A stretch of DNA of 64,000 bases from Myxococcota bacterium (lineage in GTDB: Bacteria > Myxococcota_A > SURF-8 > G963663525): assembly GCA_963676915.2 (NCBI GenBank), contig CAXXVK010000010.1, positions 96,001 to 160,000 on the forward strand, in the 5' to 3' direction. Each line of letters opens with the position of its first letter. Position 1 is the first letter of the stretch. Under the pieces are notes generated by a model, which worked only from the letters and a program-made list of their open reading frames with translations, did no database searches and was not told where the DNA came from. The translations under genes were made by a program, and so were the position numbers. Below are positions 49,124 through 61,072 of the stretch, piece after piece.

Positions 49124-51107
49124 ACCGAACGAAAACCGAAGCTTTTTTGCACGTACCGGGCTGGGGCTTGTCCTGGCGCTGGCGTACGTCGTGACCATCG
49201 GCCTGACCTGGGACGGCGTCGGTTATGCCAAAGATGAGGGATATTATTTCAGCGCGGCCAAGTCGAATTTCGGCTGGTACACTTCGCTGTTTGAAAATCT
49301 TTTCGACGGTCATCCCGAACGTTCATTCACGGAAAAGGACATCGAGCGTCACTGGAAAAACAACGCCGAGCATCCGCCGTTGCTCAAAGTGCTGATGGGG
49401 TTGTCCAACCATCTGACGAACCGCTGGATTCCTTTGTTGAATTACGGCAACAGCCATCGGGCGTATTCGCTGCTGTTTTCGTTTTTACTGATTCTTTTCC
49501 TGTATCGTTTCACCGCCGAACGCTGGGGACCACCGGTGGCCGTCGGTGCGGTGGCGCTGTATAGCGTGATGCCGCATCCGTTCTTCCACGCGCACCTCAA
49601 TGCTTTCGATACGCCCGCCGTGACGCTGTGGCTGCTGGGGCTGCTGATTTTCCGCCGAGCGATGGTTTCCCGGCGCTGGGCCTGGGGGGCCGGTCTGTAT
49701 TGGGGAACCGCCATCGCATCGCGCAACCTGATGTATTTCTTGCCGTTTCTCTTTCTGGTGCTGTACATGGTTTCTCCGTATCGACGCCGATTCTTCGCGT
49801 TTTTCCCGGCGATTCCGCAGCGCATCCAACAGACACCGAAATGGAAATTCGCCCTTGTCGGCGCGTGTTTCGTGCTACCGTTTCCCCTATGGGCTTTTGG
49901 GGTGGAATGGCTGAACCTCGGGATCGTCGTGTCGCTCGTGGTGTTGTGCACCTGGCTGAGTATCGCTCTGCTGCGCAAAAACTCGACCTTCCCGCTGCAC
50001 TGGGCTACGGCGTTGAGCACCTTGCTGTTTGCTCCGTTGTTGCAGGTCGTGTACTGGCCGTGGATATGGTTCGACACCTGGAGTCGGCTGGGCGTGTTTT
50101 TCAAGCGACATCTCAATCCTCCGGCCTGGGAGACGTATTACCTGGGGGATATGCAGTACAATCCGCCGCCGTTTCCCTGGCATTATCCTTTCGTGATGTC
50201 TTCTTACACGATTCCGGTGACGATCCTGTTTCTTCTGCTGGTCGGGTTGGTGGTGCTGGGTTGGCGAATGAAAAAAATTGCGCCAAAGGAAAACGAAACG
50301 CTCCAAACCGCACCAAAGGCCGAAACGTTTTCGACAACCTGGGAGTCCGAGCACGTTCTGTGTACCTCCGATGACGAGAAAACGCCGGTGGTCACTCCCC
50401 GTTGGGATACGCTGCTTGTACTGTTGGGAGCCGTGACACCGTTGTTGATTATCGCCAACCCGAAAACCCCCGTGTATGGCGGCACCAAGCATTTTATGGC
50501 CGCACTGCCGTTTTTTGCCATTGGCGGGGCGTTGGTGTTGAAACAGACCGCTACGATCCTGGCCGGGGTGCTGCGTTCCCCAAAAGCGGTTGCGCCGGTG
50601 TTTTCGGTGTTGTTGGCCATCGCTCTCGTGCCTGGAGTTTTAGGGATCGTAAACGCGCATCCACAGTGTCTAAGCTATTACAACGAATTGATGGGCGGAA
50701 CCAACGCTGCCGAGGAAGTCGGTATGCAACGCACGTTCTGGGCGGTTTCCACGCGTGGCGTGCTGGACGAACTCAACCGGATTGCACCGGAACGGGCGAA
50801 AGTCTATTACAACAACACGCCGTGGGATTCGCTCAACGCCTATCGTCAGGACGGCCTGTTGCGCAAGGATCTGCGCCGCACGGACAAAATGGACGAAGCG
50901 GACTTTTTCGTGCTGAACAACTGGAGGGTGCATTACGATTGGATCTATGAAATGCGCGAGAGTCTGGGAACCCCTTATGCCCTCGATGCGGTGACGGTCA
51001 ACGGCCTGCCGCTGTGCGAACTTTACAGCAACGCGAAAAAGCATCCCGATCTCACTCCCAAAGCGGCGACGGCCAAATCTTTTTCCAAAAAATCAGAGAA
51101 CAAATAG
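49116..51107 (+). CDS. GT39/GT83-like (GT-C) membrane glycosyltransferase
   Basis: KDEGYY acidic loop, EHPPLLK, multiple TM, LSYYNELMGG. Confidence 0.82.
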   Translation: MIEPNENRSFFARTGLGLVLALAYVVTIGLTWDGVGYAKDEGYYFSAAKSNFGWYTSLFENLFDGHPERSFTEKDIERHWKNNAEHPPLLKVLMGLSNHLTNRWIPLLNYGNSHRAYSLLFSFLLILFLYRFTAERWGPPVAVGAVALYSVMPHPFFHAHLNAFDTPAVTLWLLGLLIFRRAMVSRRWAWGAGLYWGTAIASRNLMYFLPFLFLVLYMVSPYRRRFFAFFPAIPQRIQQTPKWKFALVGACFVLPFPLWAFGVEWLNLGIVVSLVVLCTWLSIALLRKNSTFPLHWATALSTLLFAPLLQVVYWPWIWFDTWSRLGVFFKRHLNPPAWETYYLGDMQYNPPPFPWHYPFVMSSYTIPVTILFLLLVGLVVLGWRMKKIAPKENETLQTAPKAETFSTTWESEHVLCTSDDEKTPVVTPRWDTLLVLLGAVTPLLIIANPKTPVYGGTKHFMAALPFFAIGGALVLKQTATILAGVLRSPKAVAPVFSVLLAIALVPGVLGIVNAHPQCLSYYNELMGGTNAAEEVGMQRTFWAVSTRGVLDELNRIAPERAKVYYNNTPWDSLNAYRQDGLLRKDLRRTDKMDEADFFVLNNWRVHYDWIYEMRESLGTPYALDAVTVNGLPLCELYSNAKKHPDLTPKAATAKSFSKKSENK

Positions 51108-51369
51108 TTATTGATTCTTTTTTTCGTAAAAACTTCCGAAAACAGACCTTCGTTTGTGGGATTACGCGAATATTGCGGCCTAACAATGACTTTGCGGGAA
51201 TTGTAACTCTATTGAATGGATTATAACCAGGCAGTCACTGTCGACTTTTAATCAAACATTGGATAACAAATTGGAATAATTGGAAAAATTTCTTTGCGCC
51301 GAAACGTTTTTCGAGATACTTTGCTTGACAGGAAGGGGGAAATACGTTAGCGATTATCGTTACGATCTT

Positions 51370-51445
51370 GCCCCCATAGCTCAGCTGGATAGAGCTGGGG
51401 ATTCCTAATCCCTGTAAGCCGGAGGTTCGAATCCTCCTGGGGGCA
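51370..51445 (+). tRNA. tRNA-Arg(CCT), CCA not encoded
   Basis: GCCCCCA/TGGGGGC acceptor, D-arm with A20, GGGGA-TTCCTAA-TCCCT, GGAGG-TTCGAAT-CCTCC. Confidence 0.93.
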
Positions 51446-51519
51446 ATACTTGACGCAAGACTTCAAACTGCTTGTTTTTACATAAACTATTTCTTTCTCT
51501 TGCCAAGGGGGCTGTATCG

Positions 51520-51801
51520 ATGAATAAATCTGAATTGATTGAAAAACTCGCCGAAAGGGTCAATGTCACGAAGAAAAAATCGGAATCCGTCGTCAACCTG
51601 ATTTTCGATAGCATGAGCGATGCGCTGGTCAGTGGTGACCGTATCGAAATTCGCGGGTTCGGTTCTCTCGTGAACAAGGAATATAAATCCTATTCGGGAC
51701 GCAATCCTCGTACCGGCGAAGTGATTCCCGTTCCCGGCAAGCGACTGCCGTTTTTCAAGGTTGGCAAAGAGTTGCGCGAGCGTGTAAACGACCGGAAATA
51801 A
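51520..51801 (+). CDS. ihfB: Integration host factor beta / HU-family protein
   Basis: MNKSELIE, RIEIRGFGS, GRNPRTGE, PFFKVGKELRERVN. Confidence 0.9.
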   Translation: MNKSELIEKLAERVNVTKKKSESVVNLIFDSMSDALVSGDRIEIRGFGSLVNKEYKSYSGRNPRTGEVIPVPGKRLPFFKVGKELRERVNDRK

Positions 51802-51803
51802 TC

Positions 51804-52496
51804 GTGTTACCCATGCACGGTCGACATTTTTTTATGGCAACCTTCGGGTTGCCGTCTTTTTTGGTCAAACCGGTTTTTGCGGTTTGCGTGTGTTGTTTTG
51901 TGCTCTTTTCGGTCGGATGCGATGACTTCTGGTCGTCCAAGTCCTCCTCTTCTTCGGTACCCCAGGCGGCGGTTTTTCTCGAACAGGTTTCCCAGCGCTT
52001 GAAAAAACTGGATCGCGCCCATGCCGAAAGTATGCACCGCGATATCCGCGAGCATCTGGCCCGGTACGCCAAATCCGATGCCGATGAGAAATATCGGGAA
52101 CAATTGCGCTGGTTGGCAGAGATTATCCTGCAACAGAGGCATCATTACGAGCGAGAAATCGCCGAGTTGGAATACCTGCTCGAAGTAGCTCCTCTGGTAC
52201 GTCCGGCACTGGCGAAGCTGCGACGGCAGGATCTCCAGCGGTACCGGCGGTTGTCGGAAACCCTGCGAAAGGTGGAATTCGCCGATTTCGATCGGGAGTC
52301 ACGCTACTACATCGAGAGAGATAATGCGCGAATCACATTTTGGCGCAACCAGTTGAAATTATGGATAAAAAGCACGGAATCGGGAACCTATGACTGGAGC
52401 GTGCCGGTCGATGACCGGGGCCGGTATCGTTATCCGCCGCTTCCCGAGAAACCCAAGCCTGAACCTTTTCCGGGCAACAAGCCAACTCAAGAATAA
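51804..52496 (+). CDS. Hypothetical helical protein, possible lipoprotein
   Basis: Hydrophobic stretch ending SVGC; start uncertain. Confidence 0.55.
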   Translation: MLPMHGRHFFMATFGLPSFLVKPVFAVCVCCFVLFSVGCDDFWSSKSSSSSVPQAAVFLEQVSQRLKKLDRAHAESMHRDIREHLARYAKSDADEKYREQLRWLAEIILQQRHHYEREIAELEYLLEVAPLVRPALAKLRRQDLQRYRRLSETLRKVEFADFDRESRYYIERDNARITFWRNQLKLWIKSTESGTYDWSVPVDDRGRYRYPPLPEKPKPEPFPGNKPTQE

Positions 52497-52513
52497 TCTC
52501 TAGTGAATCTTGC

Positions 52514-52780
52514 GCCGGGCAAATTTTTTGCCCGACTGTCTTTGTACACAGGCTATTTATTGCAGTTATTATTTGGTGCTAGCGCTCCCTATCCTTTTCA
52601 TAAGAGGGGTGGCATGGGCTAACCGCAGGTTGCCCATGGTGATCTACAGATAGAGCAGGATTGCATCCTGTTCCTAGCGTTTTGTTTTAAAGAGAATCAT
52701 ATGCGAACGGGGATACAATCCCCGTCCATCGGACAGGTTTTCAAGTCATATGTGGGGTTCTTCAGGAATGATTCGGGTTA
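52514..52780. repeat. Composite repeat cluster between convergent genes
   Basis: Three REP-like families (52514-52536, 52606-52638, 52649-52730) plus right end of the 180-bp element (52736-52780). Confidence 0.75.
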
Positions 52781-53749
52781 GAATTCCGCACCGATGTTGA
52801 AGCTCATGGCGTAGGCTTCGACGGACGACACCTGCACTTCCGGGGCGATGTGGAACGTCGCCACGATCAGTTTCAAACCACCGTACCAACGATGGATGAT
52901 TTCGTCCCGGTCGGGCAGTTTCAGCAATGGGCTGTCCAACAGGGCATCGAAACTCGGATTGAGCACGCCGGGCCGCAGGAAACTCACGAGAAAGGCGTAT
53001 CCGGTGTAGGGCGTGACTTCGACCACCCCCGCTGCGGGGAAGGATTTGGAAATCACGAGATCCCAGCCGAACTGGCGCATGTCGAGGTCGGTGGACCCGA
53101 AAAGCTGCCCGTAGTTCAGGCGAAGAGCCACGTCCGGGGAATATTCGTGGAAATCCTCCAGCACGGCGTATTTCAGGTTCATGCCGAAATAGAACATTTT
53201 GGAATGCAGAAAATACGAAGCATCGAAGCCGATGTCGAAAGAGTAGGGCAATCCTTTTCGTACGGCAAACTGGAAGGTGGACATCATGCTATCGGCGGTA
53301 CGGCTTTTGTCGCCGTAAGGGTCGAGGTCGGCGAAGCGCTCGACGCCTTCGAGCGCGTCGTTCCAGTGATCGCCCTTGCTGACCGCCGTCATCGTGTAAT
53401 CGAATCCCAGGTTGAAACCACTCATGCCCAGCGTATCGGCGGCAGAGTGGTATTTGGGAGCGAACAACATCGAGAATTGTTGCGCAAACTTGCGCCATTT
53501 CCCTTTATCCACCATGGCACGGGTTTCCTGTCCCGCAACCTGGCCGGTTTCCAGCATACAGAGGTTCGTGGCCGTGGTGTCGGTATTGCGGACGCACATC
53601 CGCCACAGCGTCAGATCTTTCGGTGCAGCCTGAACGGACAAACCGAAGGCGAAACACGCCACGGCGAAACTACAGGCAATCCAGCGAAAAGCCATCGTGC
53701 GGAGGCGTTTCGCAGCGACATACGAGGTTGGCGAATCGACTTTCCCCAT
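52778..53749 (-). CDS. Putative outer-membrane beta-barrel protein
   Basis: Signal peptide, alternating beta strands, RKGLP motif, C-terminal NIGAEF. Confidence 0.7.
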   Translation of the reverse strand: MGKVDSPTSYVAAKRLRTMAFRWIACSFAVACFAFGLSVQAAPKDLTLWRMCVRNTDTTATNLCMLETGQVAGQETRAMVDKGKWRKFAQQFSMLFAPKYHSAADTLGMSGFNLGFDYTMTAVSKGDHWNDALEGVERFADLDPYGDKSRTADSMMSTFQFAVRKGLPYSFDIGFDASYFLHSKMFYFGMNLKYAVLEDFHEYSPDVALRLNYGQLFGSTDLDMRQFGWDLVISKSFPAAGVVEVTPYTGYAFLVSFLRPGVLNPSFDALLDSPLLKLPDRDEIIHRWYGGLKLIVATFHIAPEVQVSSVEAYAMSFNIGAEF

Positions 53750-53750
53750 C

Positions 53751-55688
<1,938 letters not shown>

Positions 55689-55788
55689 TCAAACCGCCCC
55701 ATCATGGCACGAGCATGGGCGGTTTACAAGAAATTACTGGTTGTAAGACGTTTCCGACGGCAAAAACATCGATTTGCGTCGAATTCTT

Positions 55789-56319
55789 TCACCATCGGTC
55801 CCGTTTGAAAATTTCGTCGAACGTTTTCCGTTTCTTTTCGCGGGGTTTGTAGTCCGGTAAAGGTCGTCCCAGCGGCGTCATCGCCACCACTTTGACTTCT
55901 CTCGGAATACCCAATTCCCGCTGTACGGTCTCTTCGTCGTATACGCCCAACCAACAGGTGCCGTAGCCCATTTCCCAGGCTTTCAGCGTCAGGTGGTCGA
56001 AGGCGATGGCCACATCCACGTATCGGTAATCGATTCCGTTGTAAACACCGGATTCTCCCGGCACCGCACAGGCGACAAGCAGCATCGGCGCGTATTTCGC
56101 CCAGCGATTGACGGCTTTTTCCATCCAGGGAATCTGCACCAGGGCTTCGATCTTCGCAGGATCGGTAACGGCGATAAACCGCCAGGTCTGCGTGTTTTTC
56201 CAACTCGGCGCCCGTCCGGCCGTCTCGATGATCTCCCGAAGGTCTTCTTCCGGGATGGGGTCGGGCAGAAATTTACGGATCGAGCATCGGTTTTTCGCAA
56301 GTTCGGAAAAATCCATCAC
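55789..56319 (-). CDS. Nitroreductase family protein
   Basis: NRCSIRKF, APSWKNTQTWRF, GYGTCWLG. Confidence 0.93.
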   Translation of the reverse strand: MMDFSELAKNRCSIRKFLPDPIPEEDLREIIETAGRAPSWKNTQTWRFIAVTDPAKIEALVQIPWMEKAVNRWAKYAPMLLVACAVPGESGVYNGIDYRYVDVAIAFDHLTLKAWEMGYGTCWLGVYDEETVQRELGIPREVKVVAMTPLGRPLPDYKPREKKRKTFDEIFKRDRW

Positions 56320-56624
56320 TACCTACCTTTTGCTGCAAAAAAACGAAAAGACTTGGAATTGTTTATTAATACAAATTTTTACGGCTGTAAACCCGAAAGG
56401 GATGCGAATCGAACTCTTGGGAGGAATATGATGGATTTATGACGGATAGAATGCACGTTTTTCTCAACTGTGAAAGCTCATTGCTTGCACGACGTTCGTT
56501 CTGTAAAATGTGTTCAAATCATTTGGGAAAAAGAAAAACTCTTTGCCGACAACGTTTTTCGGTACGGTTTTCTATTTTACTTGCGTTTCATGCACAACGA
56601 CAATGGCTCATTCTGGAGGATGGA

Positions 56625-57671
56625 ATGCCGCGTTTTTCCTTAAACGAAGTTTTGACCGTCGTTATTTGGATTCTTCTTGTCGGTTGTTCAGCGGATGACT
56701 CCTCTTCGTTGCAAGCCGATGAGGATGTGGAATCCGAACAGTCGGAGCTTTTCGAAGATGGAGATGCCGTTCCCGATGTTTCGCAAAACGGATCTTTCGC
56801 TTTTTCACAATCACGTGAGGTCTTGGAGGTCGAAAACGGCAGCGAAACGCTGGCGCTGGAGTTTCTTTTGTTACTTCCCGAAGGAGACGGGCCGTTTCCT
56901 CTGGTGGTTTTCACCCACGGATTCTCACTCAGCCCTGAGATGTATACCACGTATGGAGAGCGTCTCGCTTCCTGGGGATTGGTTGCAATATTGCCACAAA
57001 TGCCGGGAAGTTTGACCGAGCCGGAAACCCATCGGGAACTCGCGGACCATCTTGCTGCCCTGATCGATTGGGCCACCGATCCGGCGACGGAAAAACTCGC
57101 GGGAAAACTGAAGGAACAGAGCATCGGCCTGGCGGGTCATTCGATGGGAGGCAAAATTTCCTTTCTGCTGGCGAGCAGGGATTCGCGAATTCAAGCGGTT
57201 TTCGGGGTGGACCCGGTGGATTCCGCACCGCCCATCGAATACGACGCCGAGGATTATCCTTCCGTAACTCCCGAACGTATGGCGGATATCTCCGTGCCAT
57301 TCGTCGCGCTGGGAGAAACGACAAACGGAGGAGACAGTTCTGCGGCTTGTGCACCTTCCGCTGAGAATTTCGAGCAAATTTATGCATTTGCCGAAAGTCC
57401 GGCCTTTCGAATCGAAATGCTTGGAGCCAACCACATGTCGTTTCTGGATGATCCCGACTGCGGCATCCTCTGTGCCGTCTGTCCGACAGGTACGGATGAT
57501 CCGGCGATGACGCGGGCTTTGACCCAAAAATATATGACGGCGTTTTTTCTGGCGGTTCTTGAAAACCGTTCCGAATGCTTCGACTACCTGACCGGGGATC
57601 GCATGGAGGAGGACATCGAAGCCGGATGGGTCGATGTCGAAACGAAAAACGGTTTCGGAACGGGCCTTTAG
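56625..57671 (+). CDS. Chlorophyllase/cutinase-like alpha/beta hydrolase lipoprotein
   Basis: GGAGG RBS; lipobox LVGC; HGF, GHSMGG, VDPVD, HMSFLD. Confidence 0.85.
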   Translation: MPRFSLNEVLTVVIWILLVGCSADDSSSLQADEDVESEQSELFEDGDAVPDVSQNGSFAFSQSREVLEVENGSETLALEFLLLLPEGDGPFPLVVFTHGFSLSPEMYTTYGERLASWGLVAILPQMPGSLTEPETHRELADHLAALIDWATDPATEKLAGKLKEQSIGLAGHSMGGKISFLLASRDSRIQAVFGVDPVDSAPPIEYDAEDYPSVTPERMADISVPFVALGETTNGGDSSAACAPSAENFEQIYAFAESPAFRIEMLGANHMSFLDDPDCGILCAVCPTGTDDPAMTRALTQKYMTAFFLAVLENRSECFDYLTGDRMEEDIEAGWVDVETKNGFGTGL

Positions 57672-57832
57672 AAGCCATCCTAAAATTAGCGACCGAGGAT
57701 TTTGAGGCGATTTCGAGACGGATTCGTCGTTGTAGAGACGCGGAATACCGGGAGTCTTTCAAGTCGAGATCAGCGGCGAAGTCGTCCAAAAGCGTCCGAA
57801 AGGCGACAGGAAGTATATTTAGGATGGCTTCT
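57670..57832. mobile_element. 163-bp MITE-like element with perfect 15-bp TIRs
   Basis: AGAAGCCATCCTAAA / TTTAGGATGGCTTCT; left end overlaps the hydrolase TAG stop. Confidence 0.75.
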
Positions 57833-58057
57833 TGTTCAAAGTGGCACCCCTTCCCGCAACGGAACTTGACAGAAGGGCCAGAAACGTTTACTAGAATCCT
57901 TCGCGATCCGAAACGGTCGTGGGAAATTATTGTATTGGGTCGGCGGGAGGAGGCAGACGCGCAAAAAAGCGCCAAACGAAGAAAAATCGCCTCGTCTTTT
58001 GCATCTTCGGTAAATCGTGTATAGTCGAACCCAAGTGAAACAGGTAAAGGTAGACCA

Positions 58058-58342
58058 ATGGCCATCGAAAAAGTCAGCGCCCCCATCCTTTTCGACGTAC
58101 GATGCTCCAAACGGAACATGGACAAGGGGTTGTTGGATTCCGCAGAATACCAAAAGTACCTCGACTCTCTGCCGGACAGCAGTGACAAGGCCGCAGAACT
58201 CGAAGTGGATCAAAACGCCGAAATCGCCGAAAAAGAAGCCCGACGCGAAGAGTTGGGTATCGTGACGAAATCGGAAAGCGATTCGGCGAAAACGGTGGAG
58301 GAACCCAAGGAAGAAGCCGCCTATTTCGAGGAGGAAGAGTGA
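58058..58342 (+). CDS. Small acidic hypothetical protein
   Basis: FDVR...KG...EY.KYL.SLPD; GTGA overlap with next gene. Confidence 0.7.
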   Translation: MAIEKVSAPILFDVRCSKRNMDKGLLDSAEYQKYLDSLPDSSDKAAELEVDQNAEIAEKEARREELGIVTKSESDSAKTVEEPKEEAAYFEEEE

Positions 58343-60162
58343 CCTTATCTCTTCGTCTTTCGTTTCGGCCTCTTTGGAGCCTGCTGGTGCTGCTCATCGG
58401 CGGGCTCGCCGTGTCGAGCTGTTCTTTCGGAAAAAACACCCCCTCTCCTCGAACGGTGACCTTGCTCGTCGAGCAGGAAGACGGCTCCGTCTCCGAAAAA
58501 CACGTGCGTGCCGGTTCCCCTTCGGCCTACAGCTATTATCTTCACGCCAAACAACTCGAACATCTGCGCCGTTATTCGGAAGCCGCACAGGCTTACGAAA
58601 AAGCTTTGCAGTTCGAAAAAGGTTCGGCCGTCATTCGCTCGGACTACAGCCAGGTGCTGTTGTTGCTCGACCGGGTGGACGACGCTCTGCAACAGGCGGC
58701 GTACGCCACACGGCTGGAGCCGAACTGGGCTAGAGGATACTATCAACTCGGACGCATACAGTTTTCGATCGACCGCTTCGAAAACGCGATTGCCTCCTTC
58801 GACAAGGCGATTGTCTGCAACCCGGATTTCATCGAAGCTTACCGACGCAAGGGAGAAGTTCTCTATATTACCGGAAAGTTGGAAGAACTCGCCGAAATGT
58901 ACCTGGACTGGACCCGGCGTCGCCCGGACGACCGTATGGCCTGGTACTACCTCGTACGACTTTATCGTTTCGAGCGAAATTTGCCCGCATTGGAAAACGC
59001 CCTGCTCAAGCTTCTGGAATTCGAGCCGGATAACACCGAAGCACTGCACGAACTGGTGGTTTGGTACGAACGCACGCGACGCTATGAAGACGCCGCACGG
59101 CAACTGGAACGGCTCGACAAGCGCCACCCCGACAACCCCGCCATTCTGATCCAAATCGGTGCGAATTACGCCAAAGCGGGAAAGATCGATAAGGCGCAGG
59201 AACTGTTCGAGCGCGCCCGCCGACTCGATGGCTTTTCGGGAAAACTTCACTTGCAGATTTCGTTAGCCTGGTATGAAGCCAAGCAATACGATCGCACCGA
59301 AAAAAGCCTGATGGAACATTATCGCCTGGGTGATCGGGCGCTTGCCGCTTTTATGATGGGCACAATCTCCCAGGATCGAAAACAGTTCGATGCAGCGTTG
59401 AAATGGTACGAGGACGTAACAACCATCGAACCCGACACCGAACGCGGCCTGGAAGCTCTCCTGGCGATGGCGAGGATTCACCACCAACAGGGTCGGGATG
59501 ACCTTGCCCTTAGAAAGTTGCGCACGGCGGAGCGACTGTTCCGCGACTCACCGAGATACTGGATCGGCGCAAGCGACTGGCATCGTGAAGCAGGCCAACC
59601 CGAGCAGGCCATTACCGAGTTGGAACGCGGCATGGATATCGTGCAAGACCCGCTGATGCTCGAATATACCAAAGCAGCTCTTTTGGAACGACTGGGACAG
59701 GTGGACCGCTCCCTTGAAATGATGGAAGACATCATCGCCCGGCATCCCGATCATGCCAACGCGCTCAATTTCGTAGGATACGTCCTGGCCAACTCGAACC
59801 GCAACCTCGACAAGGCCGAGCGCTACATTCGCAAAGCCATTCGTCTGGCTCCCGACGAGGGATACATCATCGATTCTCTGGGATGGGTGCTCTATCGCAA
59901 GGGACAGACGGACAAAGCGCTGAAGTGGTTGTCACTGGCCCGGCTGCTGTATCCCGAGGAAGCGGAAATCCTGTATCATTACGCCGTAGTGCTCAAAGAC
60001 ACCGGTAAAATGGACGACGCTCGTGCGGTGCTGGATCAACTCTCCGGGATGACCCTGGAACCGCCTCAACTGCGCGAAGGCTTGGAGAAGAATTTTCCCG
60101 ACGACTGGCCCCGACCCAACGCCTCGCCCACGCCGGAACCCTCGACTCCGCAAACGAAGTAG
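58339..60162 (+). CDS. TPR-repeat lipoprotein
   Basis: Lipobox VSSC; many TPRs; ALNFVGY...IDSLGWV. Confidence 0.88.
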   Translation: MTLSLRLSFRPLWSLLVLLIGGLAVSSCSFGKNTPSPRTVTLLVEQEDGSVSEKHVRAGSPSAYSYYLHAKQLEHLRRYSEAAQAYEKALQFEKGSAVIRSDYSQVLLLLDRVDDALQQAAYATRLEPNWARGYYQLGRIQFSIDRFENAIASFDKAIVCNPDFIEAYRRKGEVLYITGKLEELAEMYLDWTRRRPDDRMAWYYLVRLYRFERNLPALENALLKLLEFEPDNTEALHELVVWYERTRRYEDAARQLERLDKRHPDNPAILIQIGANYAKAGKIDKAQELFERARRLDGFSGKLHLQISLAWYEAKQYDRTEKSLMEHYRLGDRALAAFMMGTISQDRKQFDAALKWYEDVTTIEPDTERGLEALLAMARIHHQQGRDDLALRKLRTAERLFRDSPRYWIGASDWHREAGQPEQAITELERGMDIVQDPLMLEYTKAALLERLGQVDRSLEMMEDIIARHPDHANALNFVGYVLANSNRNLDKAERYIRKAIRLAPDEGYIIDSLGWVLYRKGQTDKALKWLSLARLLYPEEAEILYHYAVVLKDTGKMDDARAVLDQLSGMTLEPPQLREGLEKNFPDDWPRPNASPTPEPSTPQTK

Positions 60163-60168
60163 CGCGAC

Positions 60169-60948
60169 ATGACACGTTTTTCACTCCTTTTTCGGCTTTT
60201 GTTCGTGGTTATCCTCGGGGTAGGAACGCTTTCCGGCTGCCGCAGTACATCCACGCCCGATCCGCAGGTGCAAAACCTCCCCAAACCCGATGTCGCCGAC
60301 CTGCTCGATTCCCTGCGCCAGCGGGACAAGGAAATCCGCAACATCAACGTGGTGTTCGATGCCGAAATTCTGGAAAACAGCCGCGAGCAGCGGGTGCAGA
60401 TTATCGCGATTGCCGAGAAACCCGATAAACTGTATCTGGAAATCGCGGGACCGCTGGGGATGCTCGGAATGTTCAGTTGCGACGGTCAGGAAATCCGGCT
60501 GTTCAACGGTGAAACGCGACAAATGGAAATTGGACCAGCGGACAAGGCCGTGCTGTCCTCGCTGATTCCCATAGAAATGGACCCGGCACAGCTCGTTTCG
60601 GTCTTGAGCGTTGCGCCCACACCCATCGAGCACGATGCCCACAATCTTTCCTACGACGCCAAGGCCGGTTTGTGGGTGTTGACCTTTGCCCATCGCCCGA
60701 GCCACACGATGCAACGCTTTCGCTTCGCACCGTCCACGATGGATTTGCACTCGGTGGCCTATCTGGAAAACGGAACTCTCGTGGCCCGTGCCACCTATCT
60801 GCGATGGAAAAAGACACCCAAAGGACGCCTGCCGGAGTTATGGAAGATCGATATTCCCGCCCGCAACGTGACCCTCAACCTTGACCGCAACGGCGAGGCC
60901 ATCCTCAACCGGGACTACCCGGAACAGACGTTTCGGATTTCTCCCTGA
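60169..60948 (+). CDS. LolB/DUF4292-like lipoprotein
   Basis: Lipobox LSGC; PDKLYLEIAGPLG; beta-rich; follows TPR gene. Confidence 0.65.
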   Translation: MTRFSLLFRLLFVVILGVGTLSGCRSTSTPDPQVQNLPKPDVADLLDSLRQRDKEIRNINVVFDAEILENSREQRVQIIAIAEKPDKLYLEIAGPLGMLGMFSCDGQEIRLFNGETRQMEIGPADKAVLSSLIPIEMDPAQLVSVLSVAPTPIEHDAHNLSYDAKAGLWVLTFAHRPSHTMQRFRFAPSTMDLHSVAYLENGTLVARATYLRWKKTPKGRLPELWKIDIPARNVTLNLDRNGEAILNRDYPEQTFRISP

Positions 60949-60964
60949 AGGCGGAGAGATCGTT

Positions 60965-61033
60965 GGGCGTGCATCACAAAATACAGCGACTTTCAAGCTG
61001 CCAAGCGATGGACGGGGATTGCATCGCCGTCCA
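60965..61033. repeat. Single end of the 19.7-kb MITE family plus a REP-like hairpin
   Basis: GTGCATCACAAAATACAGCGACTTT matches the TIR; GATGGACGGGGATTGCATCGCCGTCC. Confidence 0.65.
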
Positions 61034-61072
61034 GTTTCTTCTCGATGGAAAATGTGGGGAACGGGAAGTAAT

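Noticed and set aside
51446-52500. Integrative element at the tRNA-Arg 3' end
   Set aside because: No integrase and no duplicated tRNA 3' end seen in the window
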